From Actinomycetota bacterium (GTDB lineage Bacteria; Actinomycetota; Thermoleophilia; Solirubrobacterales; JACPNS01), in contig JACQZY010000001.1 of NCBI GenBank assembly GCA_016213645.1, forward strand, positions 15,050 through 79,049: 64,000 nucleotides of DNA, in the 5' to 3' direction. The notes beneath the pieces are model-generated. The model did no database searches. It had not been told where the DNA came from and saw nothing but the letters and a program-made list of their open reading frames with translations. Positions 44,596 to 54,431 of the stretch are shown piece after piece; position 1 is the first letter of the stretch, and each line of letters opens with the position of its first letter. The position numbers were made by a program, and so were the translations under genes.

Positions 44596-45774
44596 TCATT
44601 CGTAGCGGCTGTGCAACCCGACGATGCTCATGAAGAACGACGTGAACATCGTCTGCAGTCCGAGCACCACCAGCGTCAGCGAGAAGACGGCGAGTTTCTG
44701 TTGCGCCAGTCCGCCGAAGTCGCTTCCGATCCAGTCGACCACAACCACCGCGGCGAGGATCGCGCCGACCAGCATTACGAGAACACCCGCAATCAGACCG
44801 TGCTCCAGCCGGATGCGCCCGTCGAACCTATCGTGCAATTTGTCTACTTCACCGAGGTGATAAACGCCGTAGGCCTTCGCGGAAAGACCGAGGCTGATCA
44901 CCTGCGAGCCCGCGATCGAAAGCATCGCGCCGGCGATCATCGCGTGCAGGTCCCAGGATCGGCCAAAGATGTCGGCGCCGGTGAGTACCACCGCCATCGC
45001 GATCATCCCCAGCGCGAACATCGCGATCCCGGGCGCAAGGAAGAGGTGGGTCGGGCTGTGGATCAAGAGAAAACGAAGGTGGCGCCAGCCATCGCTGAAC
45101 GTGTTTAGCTTCGATTCGCCGATGCGCGGGTGATAGTCGATCGGCACTTCTTCCACCTTCAGACCGGCCTTCGCCGAGCGGATCACAAGCTCGCTGGCGA
45201 ACTCCATGCCGGTGGTGCGAAGGTTCAGGCGCTCCAGCACATCGCTGCGAAAACCGCGCATCCCGCAGTGAGCGTCGCGAACCCCGGTGCGGAAAAAGAC
45301 GTTCAGCACGCCGGTCAGAATCGGGTTGCCGATGTGTTGGTGCAGCCACGGCATCGCGCCCGGTTGAATGTTCTCCATACGGTTGCCGATCACCATCTCG
45401 GCGCCGTTCTCGAGTTTCTCCACAAACATGTCGATCGTGTCGAAGTCGTAGGTGTCGTCGCCATCCCCCATCACGATGTACTTGCCGCGGGCCGCGGCGA
45501 ATCCGGCCTGATACGCGCTTCCATACCCCGGGCGCGGCTCGTGAACCACGCGGGCGCCAGCCGCCTCTGCGATGTCCGGCGAACCGTCGGTAGAACCGTT
45601 GTCGGCCACCACAACCTCTCCGGCCACCCCCATGCGATCAAACGCGCGCCTGGCCTTCTGAATGCAGGTGGCGATACCTTCGGCCTCGTTCAGACACGGG
45701 ATCACGACCGAAACTTCGATCTCTCCGGTGGCCTGCGGGTCTTCGATTGCGGAACTGAGACTGTCTGCGGTCAT
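44596..45774 (-). CDS. GT2 polyprenyl-phosphate glycosyltransferase (GtrB/DPM-like) with C-terminal TM helices
   Basis: VSVVIPCLNEAEGI...VVADNGSTDGS...VMGDGDDTYDF, then 4 C-terminal TM segments. Start at ATG 45774. Confidence 0.8.
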   Translation of the reverse strand: MTADSLSSAIEDPQATGEIEVSVVIPCLNEAEGIATCIQKARRAFDRMGVAGEVVVADNGSTDGSPDIAEAAGARVVHEPRPGYGSAYQAGFAAARGKYIVMGDGDDTYDFDTIDMFVEKLENGAEMVIGNRMENIQPGAMPWLHQHIGNPILTGVLNVFFRTGVRDAHCGMRGFRSDVLERLNLRTTGMEFASELVIRSAKAGLKVEEVPIDYHPRIGESKLNTFSDGWRHLRFLLIHSPTHLFLAPGIAMFALGMIAMAVVLTGADIFGRSWDLHAMIAGAMLSIAGSQVISLGLSAKAYGVYHLGEVDKLHDRFDGRIRLEHGLIAGVLVMLVGAILAAVVVVDWIGSDFGGLAQQKLAVFSLTLVVLGLQTMFTSFFMSIVGLHSRYE

Positions 45775-45946
45775 GGAGAAAACCTTGCTCGTGGGTCGGT
45801 GAGACGGTGAGTAAAGCGGACAATCGATACCAACCCGCGGGCGCGGAGAGGGTTGCGGACCGAGCATCGTTGCGACCCGATTCTAGACACTCGATTTTCG
45901 GCATCGCATGTTTGGGCCGTCCGCGCGCCCATATGCTGACGCGGTC

Positions 45947-47107
45947 ATGCGCATCGCGATCCTCTACGACTGCATGTTTCCCTACACCGTCGGCGGCGCC
46001 GAACGCTGGTACACGCAGCTCGCGCAGCGGCTGGCGGAGGAAGGTCACGAGGTGACCTACGTGACTCTGCGGCAATGGCCCAAGGACGCTGAGCCGGCAC
46101 TTCCTTACAAGGTAAAAACAGTCGGCCCGCACCTTGGCCTTTACAAGGAAAGCGGCGAGCGACGGATCTGGCCTCCATTGCGTTATGGCGTTGGAGTGTT
46201 TCTACACATGTTGCGGCGCGGCGGTCGTTACGACCTGGTCCACAGTGCTTCGTTCCCGTATTTCTCGGTGATCGCGTCATGGCTGGCGTTGTTGCCGCGC
46301 AGACGGGTCAAGCTTGCGGTGGACTGGGTGGAGGTGTGGTCGCGCGAATACTGGATCGGGTATCTGGGGGCCGTGGGCGGTCGAATCGGCCACACGATTC
46401 AGTCGTTTTGCATGCGTCTTCCGGATTGGAATTTTACGTTTTCTCGGCTTCACGCATCGCGATTGCCGGCGGGCGGTGAGGCCGTGACGATACTGACCGG
46501 TCTCGTCGGTGATTACGTCGATCGAACGCACGGTGCGGCGGCGCGGCCCGCCTCCGACCCGCCGGTCGTCGTTTTCGCCGCACGCCACATTCCGGAAAAG
46601 AACGTCGTAGCCCTTCCCGCCGCCATGGCATCGGCTAGACAAGACGTCCCCGACCTCCGAGCGGAGATTTTCGGTGATGGGCCGCAACGCAAGGAACTAC
46701 TAAAAGAGATCGACGCCTGTGGCGTGAGCGAGTTCATCGAGGCGCCTGGATTCGTGGAAAGCGAGCGAATCCAATCGGCGTTCGCCACCGCGGCATGTAT
46801 GGTGCTGCCCTCGGTACGCGAGGGGTACGGGCTGGTGGTGATTGAAGCCGCCTCGCGGGGCACTCCCGTCGTGCTGGTTGACGGGCCGGACAACGCGGCC
46901 GTAGAACTGGTGGAGGACGGCGTGAACGGTTTCGTCGCGAGTTCGGCCGAGCCGGAAACGCTCGGCGACGCGATCGTCCGCGCGATCCGCGGCGGTCAGG
47001 AGCTGCGCGAGAGTTCGTGGACCTGGTACGAGCGCAACCGAGAGAAGCTTTCGATCGAGACCTCGTTGCGGACGGTGCTGGACGCCTACGCGCGCTTGAC
47101 GGCGTGA
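45947..47107 (+). CDS. glycosyltransferase family 4
   Basis: MRIAILYDCMFPYTVGGAERWY...REGYGLVVIEAASRGTPVV. Confidence 0.85.
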   Translation: MRIAILYDCMFPYTVGGAERWYTQLAQRLAEEGHEVTYVTLRQWPKDAEPALPYKVKTVGPHLGLYKESGERRIWPPLRYGVGVFLHMLRRGGRYDLVHSASFPYFSVIASWLALLPRRRVKLAVDWVEVWSREYWIGYLGAVGGRIGHTIQSFCMRLPDWNFTFSRLHASRLPAGGEAVTILTGLVGDYVDRTHGAAARPASDPPVVVFAARHIPEKNVVALPAAMASARQDVPDLRAEIFGDGPQRKELLKEIDACGVSEFIEAPGFVESERIQSAFATAACMVLPSVREGYGLVVIEAASRGTPVVLVDGPDNAAVELVEDGVNGFVASSAEPETLGDAIVRAIRGGQELRESSWTWYERNREKLSIETSLRTVLDAYARLTA

Positions 47108-48237
47108 CGGCCTTCGGTCACTGCGCGCAGATAAGAATCGACAGTCTGTTCGGCGGCGAGGTCCCAGCTGAATCGTTTTACGTGTTCTCGCCCGTCGCGA
47201 ACGAGCCGCTCTCGCAACTCCGCGTCGGTCAGCAGGCGCGTGATCGCGGCGGCTATCTGATCAACATCGAACGGGTCAAAGTACATCGCCGCGTCGCCGC
47301 CGGCCTCCGGCATCGCCGACACGTTTGACGTGGCCACGGGCAGATCGCGCTCCATCGCTTCGAGCACCGGCAGCCCGAATCCCTCCATGTAGGACGGGAA
47401 TACGAAGCAAGTGGCGAGGTCATAAAGCCCATCGAGATCGGCGTCGGAGATCCATCCGAGCATCTTCACGCGTTCCGCCACGCCCAGCCGCTCGGTCTGT
47501 TCGGCCATCCACCCCTCCTGGCCGGTCTGATATCCAGGCAACAACAAGACCGGTGCGGGATCGTGATCGATCCGCGCAAGCGCCTCGAACAGTCGCGGCA
47601 GGTTCTTGTGCGTGCGCCGCGCCGAGGGGCTGAGAATCAGCGGTCGGTCGGGCAGGTTGTATCGCTCCCGCAACTCGGCGATCGGCGTGGCCTGGCCGCG
47701 CGGCCGACCGGCCGGCGGAATCACGTCAACCTTTTCCGCAGTCACCTTGGCGACCTTCACAAGATCTCGCAGCGACGCCTGGGACAACGTGAGAACCCTG
47801 TCAGCGCGCCGTGCGGACATGTTCACCAAACGATTGAAGGCATGTCGCTGCCACTCCGGATTCATCAGCAGTTCGGGTACAAATGCCGGGATCAGATCGT
47901 GAATCGCGACCACGCTCGGCACCGGCGATAAAAGCGGCGCAGTGTTTGTGAGGCTGTGCAGCACGTCGAGCTTGTGCCGCCGGGCGTCCAGCGGCAGCCG
48001 TAACTGCTCATAGCCGAGCCGCTTGAAACCGTTGGTGGCCGTTGTTTCGCACGGCACGATCTCGGCGCCAAGTTCGTCCGAATCGAAACCGGCGACTCCC
48101 TCACGACAGGCGAAGAACAGCAGCCTCGCGTCCGGGAGCAGACCGCCGATGCGCGGAATCAACTCGCGCGCGTACACCTCCATGCCGCCGGTCGAGCCGG
48201 GAATCATCGACACCGCGTTAAAGCCGATCGTTCGCAA
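47086..48237 (-). CDS. glycosyltransferase family 4
   Basis: EGFGLPVLEAMERDLPVATSN. The TTG 48237 start (LRTIGFNAVSMIPGSTGGMEVYARELI) aligns with MRRIAFNVMYLVPGQVGGSETYARELI of 30138-31301. The ORF-track start at 48396 would overlap fcl. Confidence 0.8.
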   Translation of the reverse strand: MRTIGFNAVSMIPGSTGGMEVYARELIPRIGGLLPDARLLFFACREGVAGFDSDELGAEIVPCETTATNGFKRLGYEQLRLPLDARRHKLDVLHSLTNTAPLLSPVPSVVAIHDLIPAFVPELLMNPEWQRHAFNRLVNMSARRADRVLTLSQASLRDLVKVAKVTAEKVDVIPPAGRPRGQATPIAELRERYNLPDRPLILSPSARRTHKNLPRLFEALARIDHDPAPVLLLPGYQTGQEGWMAEQTERLGVAERVKMLGWISDADLDGLYDLATCFVFPSYMEGFGLPVLEAMERDLPVATSNVSAMPEAGGDAAMYFDPFDVDQIAAAITRLLTDAELRERLVRDGREHVKRFSWDLAAEQTVDSYLRAVTEGRHAVKRA

Positions 48238-48314
48238 CCTGCTTCGATCGCCCGGTGCGATGGCCGGGTTACCGACTGAGGATCGCTCCGGCCGCACCAC
48301 GGATTCGACGCCGC

Positions 48315-49322
48315 TCAACGCGCCGCCGCTCGCCGCTCGGACTGGCTGCGCCTTTCGACGTCGGAATCCACCCAGTCGCGATTGGCCAGGAACCATTCGA
48401 CAGTGCGCGCAATCCCGACGTCCAGCGGCACGTTCGACTCGAAGCCGAATCGTTCAAGTGCTCGTGCGGTGTCGATACGACGGCGCGGTTGTCCGTTGGG
48501 CTGGCCGGCGTCCCAAACGATCTCGCCGGTGAATCCGGTGGCCTCGGCGATCATCCCGGCGAGTTCGCGGATTGTGATCTCGAAGTTCGCGCCGATGTTG
48601 ACGGGGTCGGAATCCTCGTAGCGTTCGGCCGCGAGCAGAATCGCGCGCGCGCACTCGTCAACGTAAAGGAACTCACGGCTGGCGGAGCCGTCGCCCCAGA
48701 GTTCCACGTCGGTACCGGAATCGCGGGCTTCGACCATCTTGCGAATCAATGCCGGGATGACGTGGGAACTTTGCAGGTCGAAGTTGTCACGCGGGCCGTA
48801 GAGGTTGACCGGCATCAGAAAGATCGCGTTCAGTCCGTACTGTTCGCGATACGCCTGCGCCTGCACCAACAAGGCTTTCTTCGCGACGCCGTACGGTGCG
48901 TTCGTCTCTTCCGGATAGCCGTTCCAAAGGTCATCTTCGCGAAACGGGATCGGCGCGAACTTCGGATAAGAGCAGATCGTGCCGAGCTGCACGAATTTCT
49001 CAAGTCCTCGATGGCGCGCCTGCTCCATCAGTAACGCACCCATCATCAAGTTGTCGTAGAAGTACGCCCCCGGGTTTCGTCGGTTGGCGCCGATGCCGCC
49101 GACACGCGCGGCGAGGTGAATGATGATCTCCGGGTCGGCATCGTCGAACAGCCGGTTGACCGCGGCTTCGCCCGTTAGGTCGTATTCATCCGACCGGGGC
49201 ACGAACGGTTCGCAACCGATCTCTCGCAACCGGTCACACACATACGAGCCCAAAAACCCCGAACCACCGGTCACGGTGACCCGCCGGCCGGCGAAATAAT
49301 CAGATGAAGAAACCTCGGTCAC
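48315..49322 (-). CDS. fcl: GDP-L-fucose synthase (GDP-4-keto-6-deoxymannose 3,5-epimerase/4-reductase)
   Basis: [50 protein letters not shown]. Confidence 0.85.
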   Translation of the reverse strand: MTEVSSSDYFAGRRVTVTGGSGFLGSYVCDRLREIGCEPFVPRSDEYDLTGEAAVNRLFDDADPEIIIHLAARVGGIGANRRNPGAYFYDNLMMGALLMEQARHRGLEKFVQLGTICSYPKFAPIPFREDDLWNGYPEETNAPYGVAKKALLVQAQAYREQYGLNAIFLMPVNLYGPRDNFDLQSSHVIPALIRKMVEARDSGTDVELWGDGSASREFLYVDECARAILLAAERYEDSDPVNIGANFEITIRELAGMIAEATGFTGEIVWDAGQPNGQPRRRIDTARALERFGFESNVPLDVGIARTVEWFLANRDWVDSDVERRSQSERRAAAR

Positions 49323-49407
49323 GGCTCGATCCTAACTGACCGAGCAGCTCTCGCGGCAAGGCGCGGCGGTGTTCCGATCCGCCCGCGCGATTACTGTGAA
49401 TGTCGCG

Positions 49408-50160
49408 ATGAGAAAGCAAATGCTCGCGATCGTCCCCGCCTACAACGAGTCCGCCGCGATCGCGGCGGTTGTCGGCTCGATCCAACGTGAAGCGCCCGAG
49501 TTTGATGTGCTCGTGGTGGACGACGGATCAACCGACAGCACGTACGCGCAAGCTCGCCGGGCCGGCGTCGCGGTGCTCCGTCTACCGTTCAACCTCGGGA
49601 TCGGCGGAGCCGTGCAGACCGGATATGCCTACGCCTTTGAAAACGGCTACGAGTACGCGGCCCAGGTGGACGGAGACGGTCAGCACGACCCGGCCCAGTT
49701 GCGCACGCTGCTTGATCGAATCCAATCCGACCCGCCGGTGGAAATGGTGTACGGCACGCGGTTCGGCGGCAAGGAGGGGTTCAAGTCGTCATTCGCGCGG
49801 CGCGCGGGGATTCGTCTGTTCGCGGCGATTCTGTCGGCGGTCACCCGGCAGCGCGTGACCGATCCGACCTCGGGATTCCGCCTCTGCAACCGGCGCGCGA
49901 TCGAGCTATTCGCCCGAAACTATCCGCTCGACTACCCGGAGGTCGAGGCGATCCTGCTGATGCACCGTCACGAGCTTCGCTCGGCGGAGGTGCCGGTTTC
50001 GATGCGCGTGCGCGCCGGCGGGCGCTCATCGATCACGTTGCTGCACAGCGGTTATTACATGATCAAGGTTCTGCTCGCGGTCTTCGTCGGTCTTTTCCGC
50101 GCGCGCCACCACATCGAACCCGGCGACGACGCGCCCACCTCGGGAATTCACGGGATCTGA
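49408..50160 (+). CDS. GT2 polyprenyl-phosphate sugar synthase (GacI/GtrB-like)
   Basis: LAIVPAYNESAAI...VLVVDDGSTDST...QVDGDGQHDP. Soluble form without TM helices. Confidence 0.8.
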   Translation: MRKQMLAIVPAYNESAAIAAVVGSIQREAPEFDVLVVDDGSTDSTYAQARRAGVAVLRLPFNLGIGGAVQTGYAYAFENGYEYAAQVDGDGQHDPAQLRTLLDRIQSDPPVEMVYGTRFGGKEGFKSSFARRAGIRLFAAILSAVTRQRVTDPTSGFRLCNRRAIELFARNYPLDYPEVEAILLMHRHELRSAEVPVSMRVRAGGRSSITLLHSGYYMIKVLLAVFVGLFRARHHIEPGDDAPTSGIHGI

Positions 50161-50558
50161 TGATTGCGGCGCTAAGTGTTTTGCCGGCGGCCGGAGTGGG
50201 ACTGAACGGACGGTTGCAACTGGTCGCGATCCTCGTCACCACGCTGCTGTTCGCGGTCGTCTTCGAGATGGTGCGACGCCGCCACCTGATGGAGCGGTAC
50301 TCGCTGCTCTGGCTGTTCGCCTCGGCCGCGCTGCTGCTGCTGGCGGTTTTCACGGGCCTGCTCACCGCGCTTTCCGACGCAGTCGGTATCGCAACTCCGT
50401 CGAACGCGCTGTTCGCTGCCGCGATCGGATTCATGATCCTGTTGCTGTTGCACTTTTCGGCGACGATTTCGCGGCTGACCGACCAAACGAAGATCCTCGC
50501 CCAGCGGCTCGCGATCGCAGAGGAAAAGCTGGGCCGCAAAGATGACGGCGATTCCTAA
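50160..50558 (+). CDS. DUF2304-family small membrane protein (GacJ-like partner of the GT2)
   Basis: 132 aa, 4 TM. EMVRRRHLMERYSLLWLF motif and a C-terminal amphipathic helix. TGATG overlap with the GT2 gene. Confidence 0.7.
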   Translation: MIAALSVLPAAGVGLNGRLQLVAILVTTLLFAVVFEMVRRRHLMERYSLLWLFASAALLLLAVFTGLLTALSDAVGIATPSNALFAAAIGFMILLLLHFSATISRLTDQTKILAQRLAIAEEKLGRKDDGDS

Positions 50559-51309
50559 GCGCACGATCGCGGGCATCGGCGTCTCGATAGCCGATTACAC
50601 CGACGTGCTCGACGCCTTTGACACCGCGATCGAGAGCCGTCAGCGCCTCTACGTCTGCTGCGCCCCCGCCAGCACCCTGATCTACGCCCGCCGCGACCTT
50701 GCGCTTACCGCTGCCCTGCGTGATGCTGACATCGTCACGCCGGACGGCATGGGCGTGGTCTACGCGGCGCGGCTCTTGGGCGAAAGGCTGCCCGACCGCG
50801 TCTACGGACCGGACCTGATGCTCATGCAGCTCGCGCGCGCGGAGCAATCCGGACAAAGCATTTGGCTTTACGGCGGCTTTGACGACGAGGCGCTGCGCGC
50901 GCTGCTGGAGAGCTACGGCAAGCGGTTCCCGGCGCTGCGCGTGGCGGGGTCGTGGTCACCGCCACACCGCCCACTGACCGACGAAGAAACGCGCGAACTT
51001 GTCGAGCGCATAAACGGCGACGCCCCGGATGTGGTCTGGGTCGGCCTGGGCACGCCCAAGCAGGACATCTGGATGCACGAGATGCGTGAACGACTAGACG
51101 CTCCGGTGCTCTGCGGCGTCGGCGCGGCGTTTGATTTTCACGCAGGGCGCGTGGCGCAGGCGCCGCGCTGGATGCAAAACGCCGGGCTCGAATGGTTGTT
51201 CCGGCTGACGCGCGATCCATGGCGAATGCTGCGCCGCTACGCCGCGACTTTGCCGCATTTCGCGGTGTTGGTGGGGTGGCAGGCACTGCGCGAACGAATT
51301 CGCCGATAG
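50542..51309 (+). CDS. WecB/TagA/CpsF-family glycosyltransferase (GT26)
   Basis: VTPDGMGVV...VYGPDLM...VWVGLGTPKQDIWMHE. Confidence 0.85.
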   Translation: MTAIPKRTIAGIGVSIADYTDVLDAFDTAIESRQRLYVCCAPASTLIYARRDLALTAALRDADIVTPDGMGVVYAARLLGERLPDRVYGPDLMLMQLARAEQSGQSIWLYGGFDDEALRALLESYGKRFPALRVAGSWSPPHRPLTDEETRELVERINGDAPDVVWVGLGTPKQDIWMHEMRERLDAPVLCGVGAAFDFHAGRVAQAPRWMQNAGLEWLFRLTRDPWRMLRRYAATLPHFAVLVGWQALRERIRR

Positions 51310-51322
51310 TCTCGCCCTCAAC

Positions 51323-52405
51323 GTGACCGACCTTAAAGGCCTAATCCTCTCCGGCGGCAAAGGCACGCGCCTGCGCCCGATCACCCACACCAGCGCCAAA
51401 CAGCTGGTGCCGGTGGCAAACAAACCTGTGCTCTTTTACGGCATCGAGGCGATGGTGCAGGCCGGCATCACCGAGATCGGCATCATCATCGCTCCGGAAA
51501 CCGGTGACGAGATCCGCGAGTCGGCCGGTGACGGCTCACGCTTCGGCGACGCGGTGGGGATCACCTACATCCCGCAGGCCGAACCACTGGGTCTGGCGCA
51601 CGCGGTGCTAACCGCCGAGCCGTTCCTGGGCGATTCGCCGTTTGTCATGTACCTCGGCGACAACCTGCTGCGCGACGGCATCGTGACGCTTACCGAGGCC
51701 TTCAAGGCGAACGCGCCCGAGGCTTTGATCCTGCTTACCAAAGTGCCAGACCCCGAGCATTACGGCGTGGCCGAGCTTTCCGACGGCAGGGTCGTGGCAT
51801 TGGCGGAAAAGCCCGCAGAACCGAAGACCGACCTGGCGCTTGTGGGCGTGTACATGTTTAACAAGTCGATCTTCGACGCGGCGCGCGCGATCAAGCCCAG
51901 CCCGCGCGGCGAGTTGGAGATCACCGACGCGATCCAGTACCTGGTGGACCAAGGCATGAACGTGGAGCCGCACCTGGTTGACGGCTGGTGGAAGGACACC
52001 GGCCGCCTGGAGGACATGCTGCAGGCAAACCGCCTGGTACTCGAAGACCTGGAGACCAGTGTCGAGGGAACGCTTGACAACGACAGCAGCGTCGAAGGCC
52101 GCGTCGTGATCGAGCCGGGCGCCGAGCTGGTGCGATCCGTCGTGCGCGGACCCGCCGTGATCGGCGCCGGTACCAAGCTGACCGACGCCTACGTGGGGCC
52201 GTATACCGCGATTGACGAGCGTGTCACGGTTGAACGCGCCGAGATCGAGTACTCGATCGTGCTGGCGGACTCTCAGATCAGCGATCTCGGTGCACGTATG
52301 GAGGCGAGCCTGATCGGCAAGCACTCGCGGATCACGCGCACCGACGGCATGCCGCGCACCTTCAGGTTGCTGGTTGGGGACAACTGCGAGATCTCGCTGG
52401 TTTGA
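51323..52405 (+). CDS. rmlA: glucose-1-phosphate thymidylyltransferase (long form with a left-handed beta-helix C-terminus)
   Basis: KGLILSGGKGTRLRPITHTSAKQLVPVANKPVLFY and a hexapeptide-repeat C-terminus. Confidence 0.8.
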   Translation: MTDLKGLILSGGKGTRLRPITHTSAKQLVPVANKPVLFYGIEAMVQAGITEIGIIIAPETGDEIRESAGDGSRFGDAVGITYIPQAEPLGLAHAVLTAEPFLGDSPFVMYLGDNLLRDGIVTLTEAFKANAPEALILLTKVPDPEHYGVAELSDGRVVALAEKPAEPKTDLALVGVYMFNKSIFDAARAIKPSPRGELEITDAIQYLVDQGMNVEPHLVDGWWKDTGRLEDMLQANRLVLEDLETSVEGTLDNDSSVEGRVVIEPGAELVRSVVRGPAVIGAGTKLTDAYVGPYTAIDERVTVERAEIEYSIVLADSQISDLGARMEASLIGKHSRITRTDGMPRTFRLLVGDNCEISLV

Positions 52406-52450
52406 TCAGCCGGCGCAGACCGTCGCGAGTTCGCTGATATATCTGTTGCT

Positions 52451-53407
52451 ATGAAGGTTTTGGTCACCGGCGCAAATGGCATGCTCGGCCGCGACGTGGT
52501 CGCGGCCGCCGATGCCGAACACCACGAAGTCGCCGCGTTCGGACGCGACGAGCTCGACATCACCAACGCCGGCTCCGTCAAGCGCGCGTTTGAACGCGAG
52601 CTGCCGCGCGTAGTCGTCAACTGCGCCGCCTTCACCGCTGTGGATGACGCGCAGAGCAACGAGATCGAAGCCACGCGCATCAACGGTGAAGCCGCGGGCA
52701 TCGTGGCCGCGGCGGCGGCCGAGGTAAACGCCAAGGTCTTCTATCCGTCCTCCGACTACGTCTTCGACGGCTTAAAAGGCGAGCCATACGTCGAGTCCGA
52801 CGCCACCAATCCCGTCGGCGCCTACGGACGCAGCAAGCTCGCCGGCGAGATCGCGACCGCCGAGGCCAACCCGCGTCACGCGATCGTTCGCACCTCGTGG
52901 CTTTACGGTCTGCACGGGCGCAACTTCGTGGAGACGATGCTGACGCTGGCGCAACGGCAGAACGAGGTTCTGGTGGTGCGCGACCAGATCGGCTGCCCCA
53001 CTTACACGCGTCAGCTCGCAGACGCGATGGTGCATCTTTTCGACTACGAAACACTCGGCGTAATGCACATCGCCGGCGCGGACCACTGCGCCTGGTACGA
53101 CTTCGCGATCGAGATCTTCCGCCAGTCGCAGCTGGACGTAAAGGTGCTCTCGGCCACAACCGACATGCTCGACCGTCCCGCCCCCCGCCCGCCGTTCTCG
53201 GCGCTGATGACCGAGCGTGAGGACATACCCGTGCTGCCACGCTGGGACCATGGCCTGCACGCCTATCTGGTGGCGCGCGCCGAGCGCACCACCGCCGAAC
53301 ACGCGGCTCTGGTCGAGGAATCGGGTGACCCCGGCAATCCCGGCAACGCCGATGACCCCGGCAACCCCGGCGAAACAATCGAAGTCCAGGAGGCAAATCA
53401 GTTATGA
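52451..53407 (+). CDS. rmlD: dTDP-4-dehydrorhamnose reductase with a short DPGNPG-repeat C-terminal extension
   Basis: MKVLVTGANGMLGRDV...ELDITN...YGRSKLAGE. ATGA overlap with rmlB. Confidence 0.85.
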   Translation: MKVLVTGANGMLGRDVVAAADAEHHEVAAFGRDELDITNAGSVKRAFERELPRVVVNCAAFTAVDDAQSNEIEATRINGEAAGIVAAAAAEVNAKVFYPSSDYVFDGLKGEPYVESDATNPVGAYGRSKLAGEIATAEANPRHAIVRTSWLYGLHGRNFVETMLTLAQRQNEVLVVRDQIGCPTYTRQLADAMVHLFDYETLGVMHIAGADHCAWYDFAIEIFRQSQLDVKVLSATTDMLDRPAPRPPFSALMTEREDIPVLPRWDHGLHAYLVARAERTTAEHAALVEESGDPGNPGNADDPGNPGETIEVQEANQL

Positions 53408-54408
53408 AGTTGCTCGTCACCGGCGGAGCCGGATTTATCGGATCGAACTTCGCGCGATATGTGCTGAGCGAACACGCCGGCGATTCGGTCGTGGTGCTTG
53501 ACAAGCTCACTTACGCCGGGCGCCGCGAAAATCTGGCCGATGTGGCCGACAACCCGCGTTTCGAGTTTGTGCACGGGGCGATCGAAGACCGTGAAGTCGT
53601 CGACGCCGCTCTCGAAGGCTGCGACGCGATCGTCAACTTTGCCGCCGAGTCGCACGTCGACCGCTCGATCGAAGATCCCGACGCGTTCATCACAACCGAC
53701 GTGATCGGCACCCACGTCCTGCTTGAGGCCGCGCGCGCCGCCGGCGTAGGACGCTACCTCCAAGTCTCCACCGACGAGGTCTACGGCTCGATCGAAGAGG
53801 GTTCTTTCACCGAAAAGTCGCCGATCGATCCGTCATCGCCGTACTCGGCCAGCAAGGCCGGCGGCGACATGCTGGTTCAGGCCTACTTCCGTACTTACGG
53901 CATGCCCGCACTGATCTGCCGAGCCTCGAACAACTACGGACCCTTCCAGTACCCGGAGAAGCTGATTCCGCTGTGCGTGCTGAACGCTCTGGCCGGCGAC
54001 AAGCTTCCCGTCTACGGCGACGGCATGCAGGTGCGCAACTGGCTCTATGTGGAAGACCATTGCAGCGGCATCGACACCGTACTGCGCAAGGGCGCCGAAG
54101 GCGATGTCTACAACATCGGCGGCCCGGACGAGTGCCCAAACATCGAAGTCGTCAATCGCATCATCGAGCTGACGGGCCGCGACGAGTCGTTGATCGACTA
54201 CGTAACCGACCGACCGGGCCACGACCGCCGCTATTCGCTGTCTTCAGAAAAGACGATGACGCTCGGTTGGGAGGCCAAAACACGCTTCGCCGAGGGCCTG
54301 GAACGCACTGTCGCCTGGTACCGCGAGAACGAAAACTGGTGGGCGCCGATCCGCTCCGGCGACTATTTGGAGTACTACCAGCGGCAATACGGTCAGTCGT
54401 TGGCGTAA
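53404..54408 (+). CDS. rmlB: dTDP-glucose 4,6-dehydratase
   Basis: MKLLVTGGAGFIGSNF...DKLTYAG...AAESHVDRS...YSASKAG. Confidence 0.95.
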   Translation: MKLLVTGGAGFIGSNFARYVLSEHAGDSVVVLDKLTYAGRRENLADVADNPRFEFVHGAIEDREVVDAALEGCDAIVNFAAESHVDRSIEDPDAFITTDVIGTHVLLEAARAAGVGRYLQVSTDEVYGSIEEGSFTEKSPIDPSSPYSASKAGGDMLVQAYFRTYGMPALICRASNNYGPFQYPEKLIPLCVLNALAGDKLPVYGDGMQVRNWLYVEDHCSGIDTVLRKGAEGDVYNIGGPDECPNIEVVNRIIELTGRDESLIDYVTDRPGHDRRYSLSSEKTMTLGWEAKTRFAEGLERTVAWYRENENWWAPIRSGDYLEYYQRQYGQSLA

Positions 54409-54431
54409 CGCCGCCACGCAGAATCAACCAT

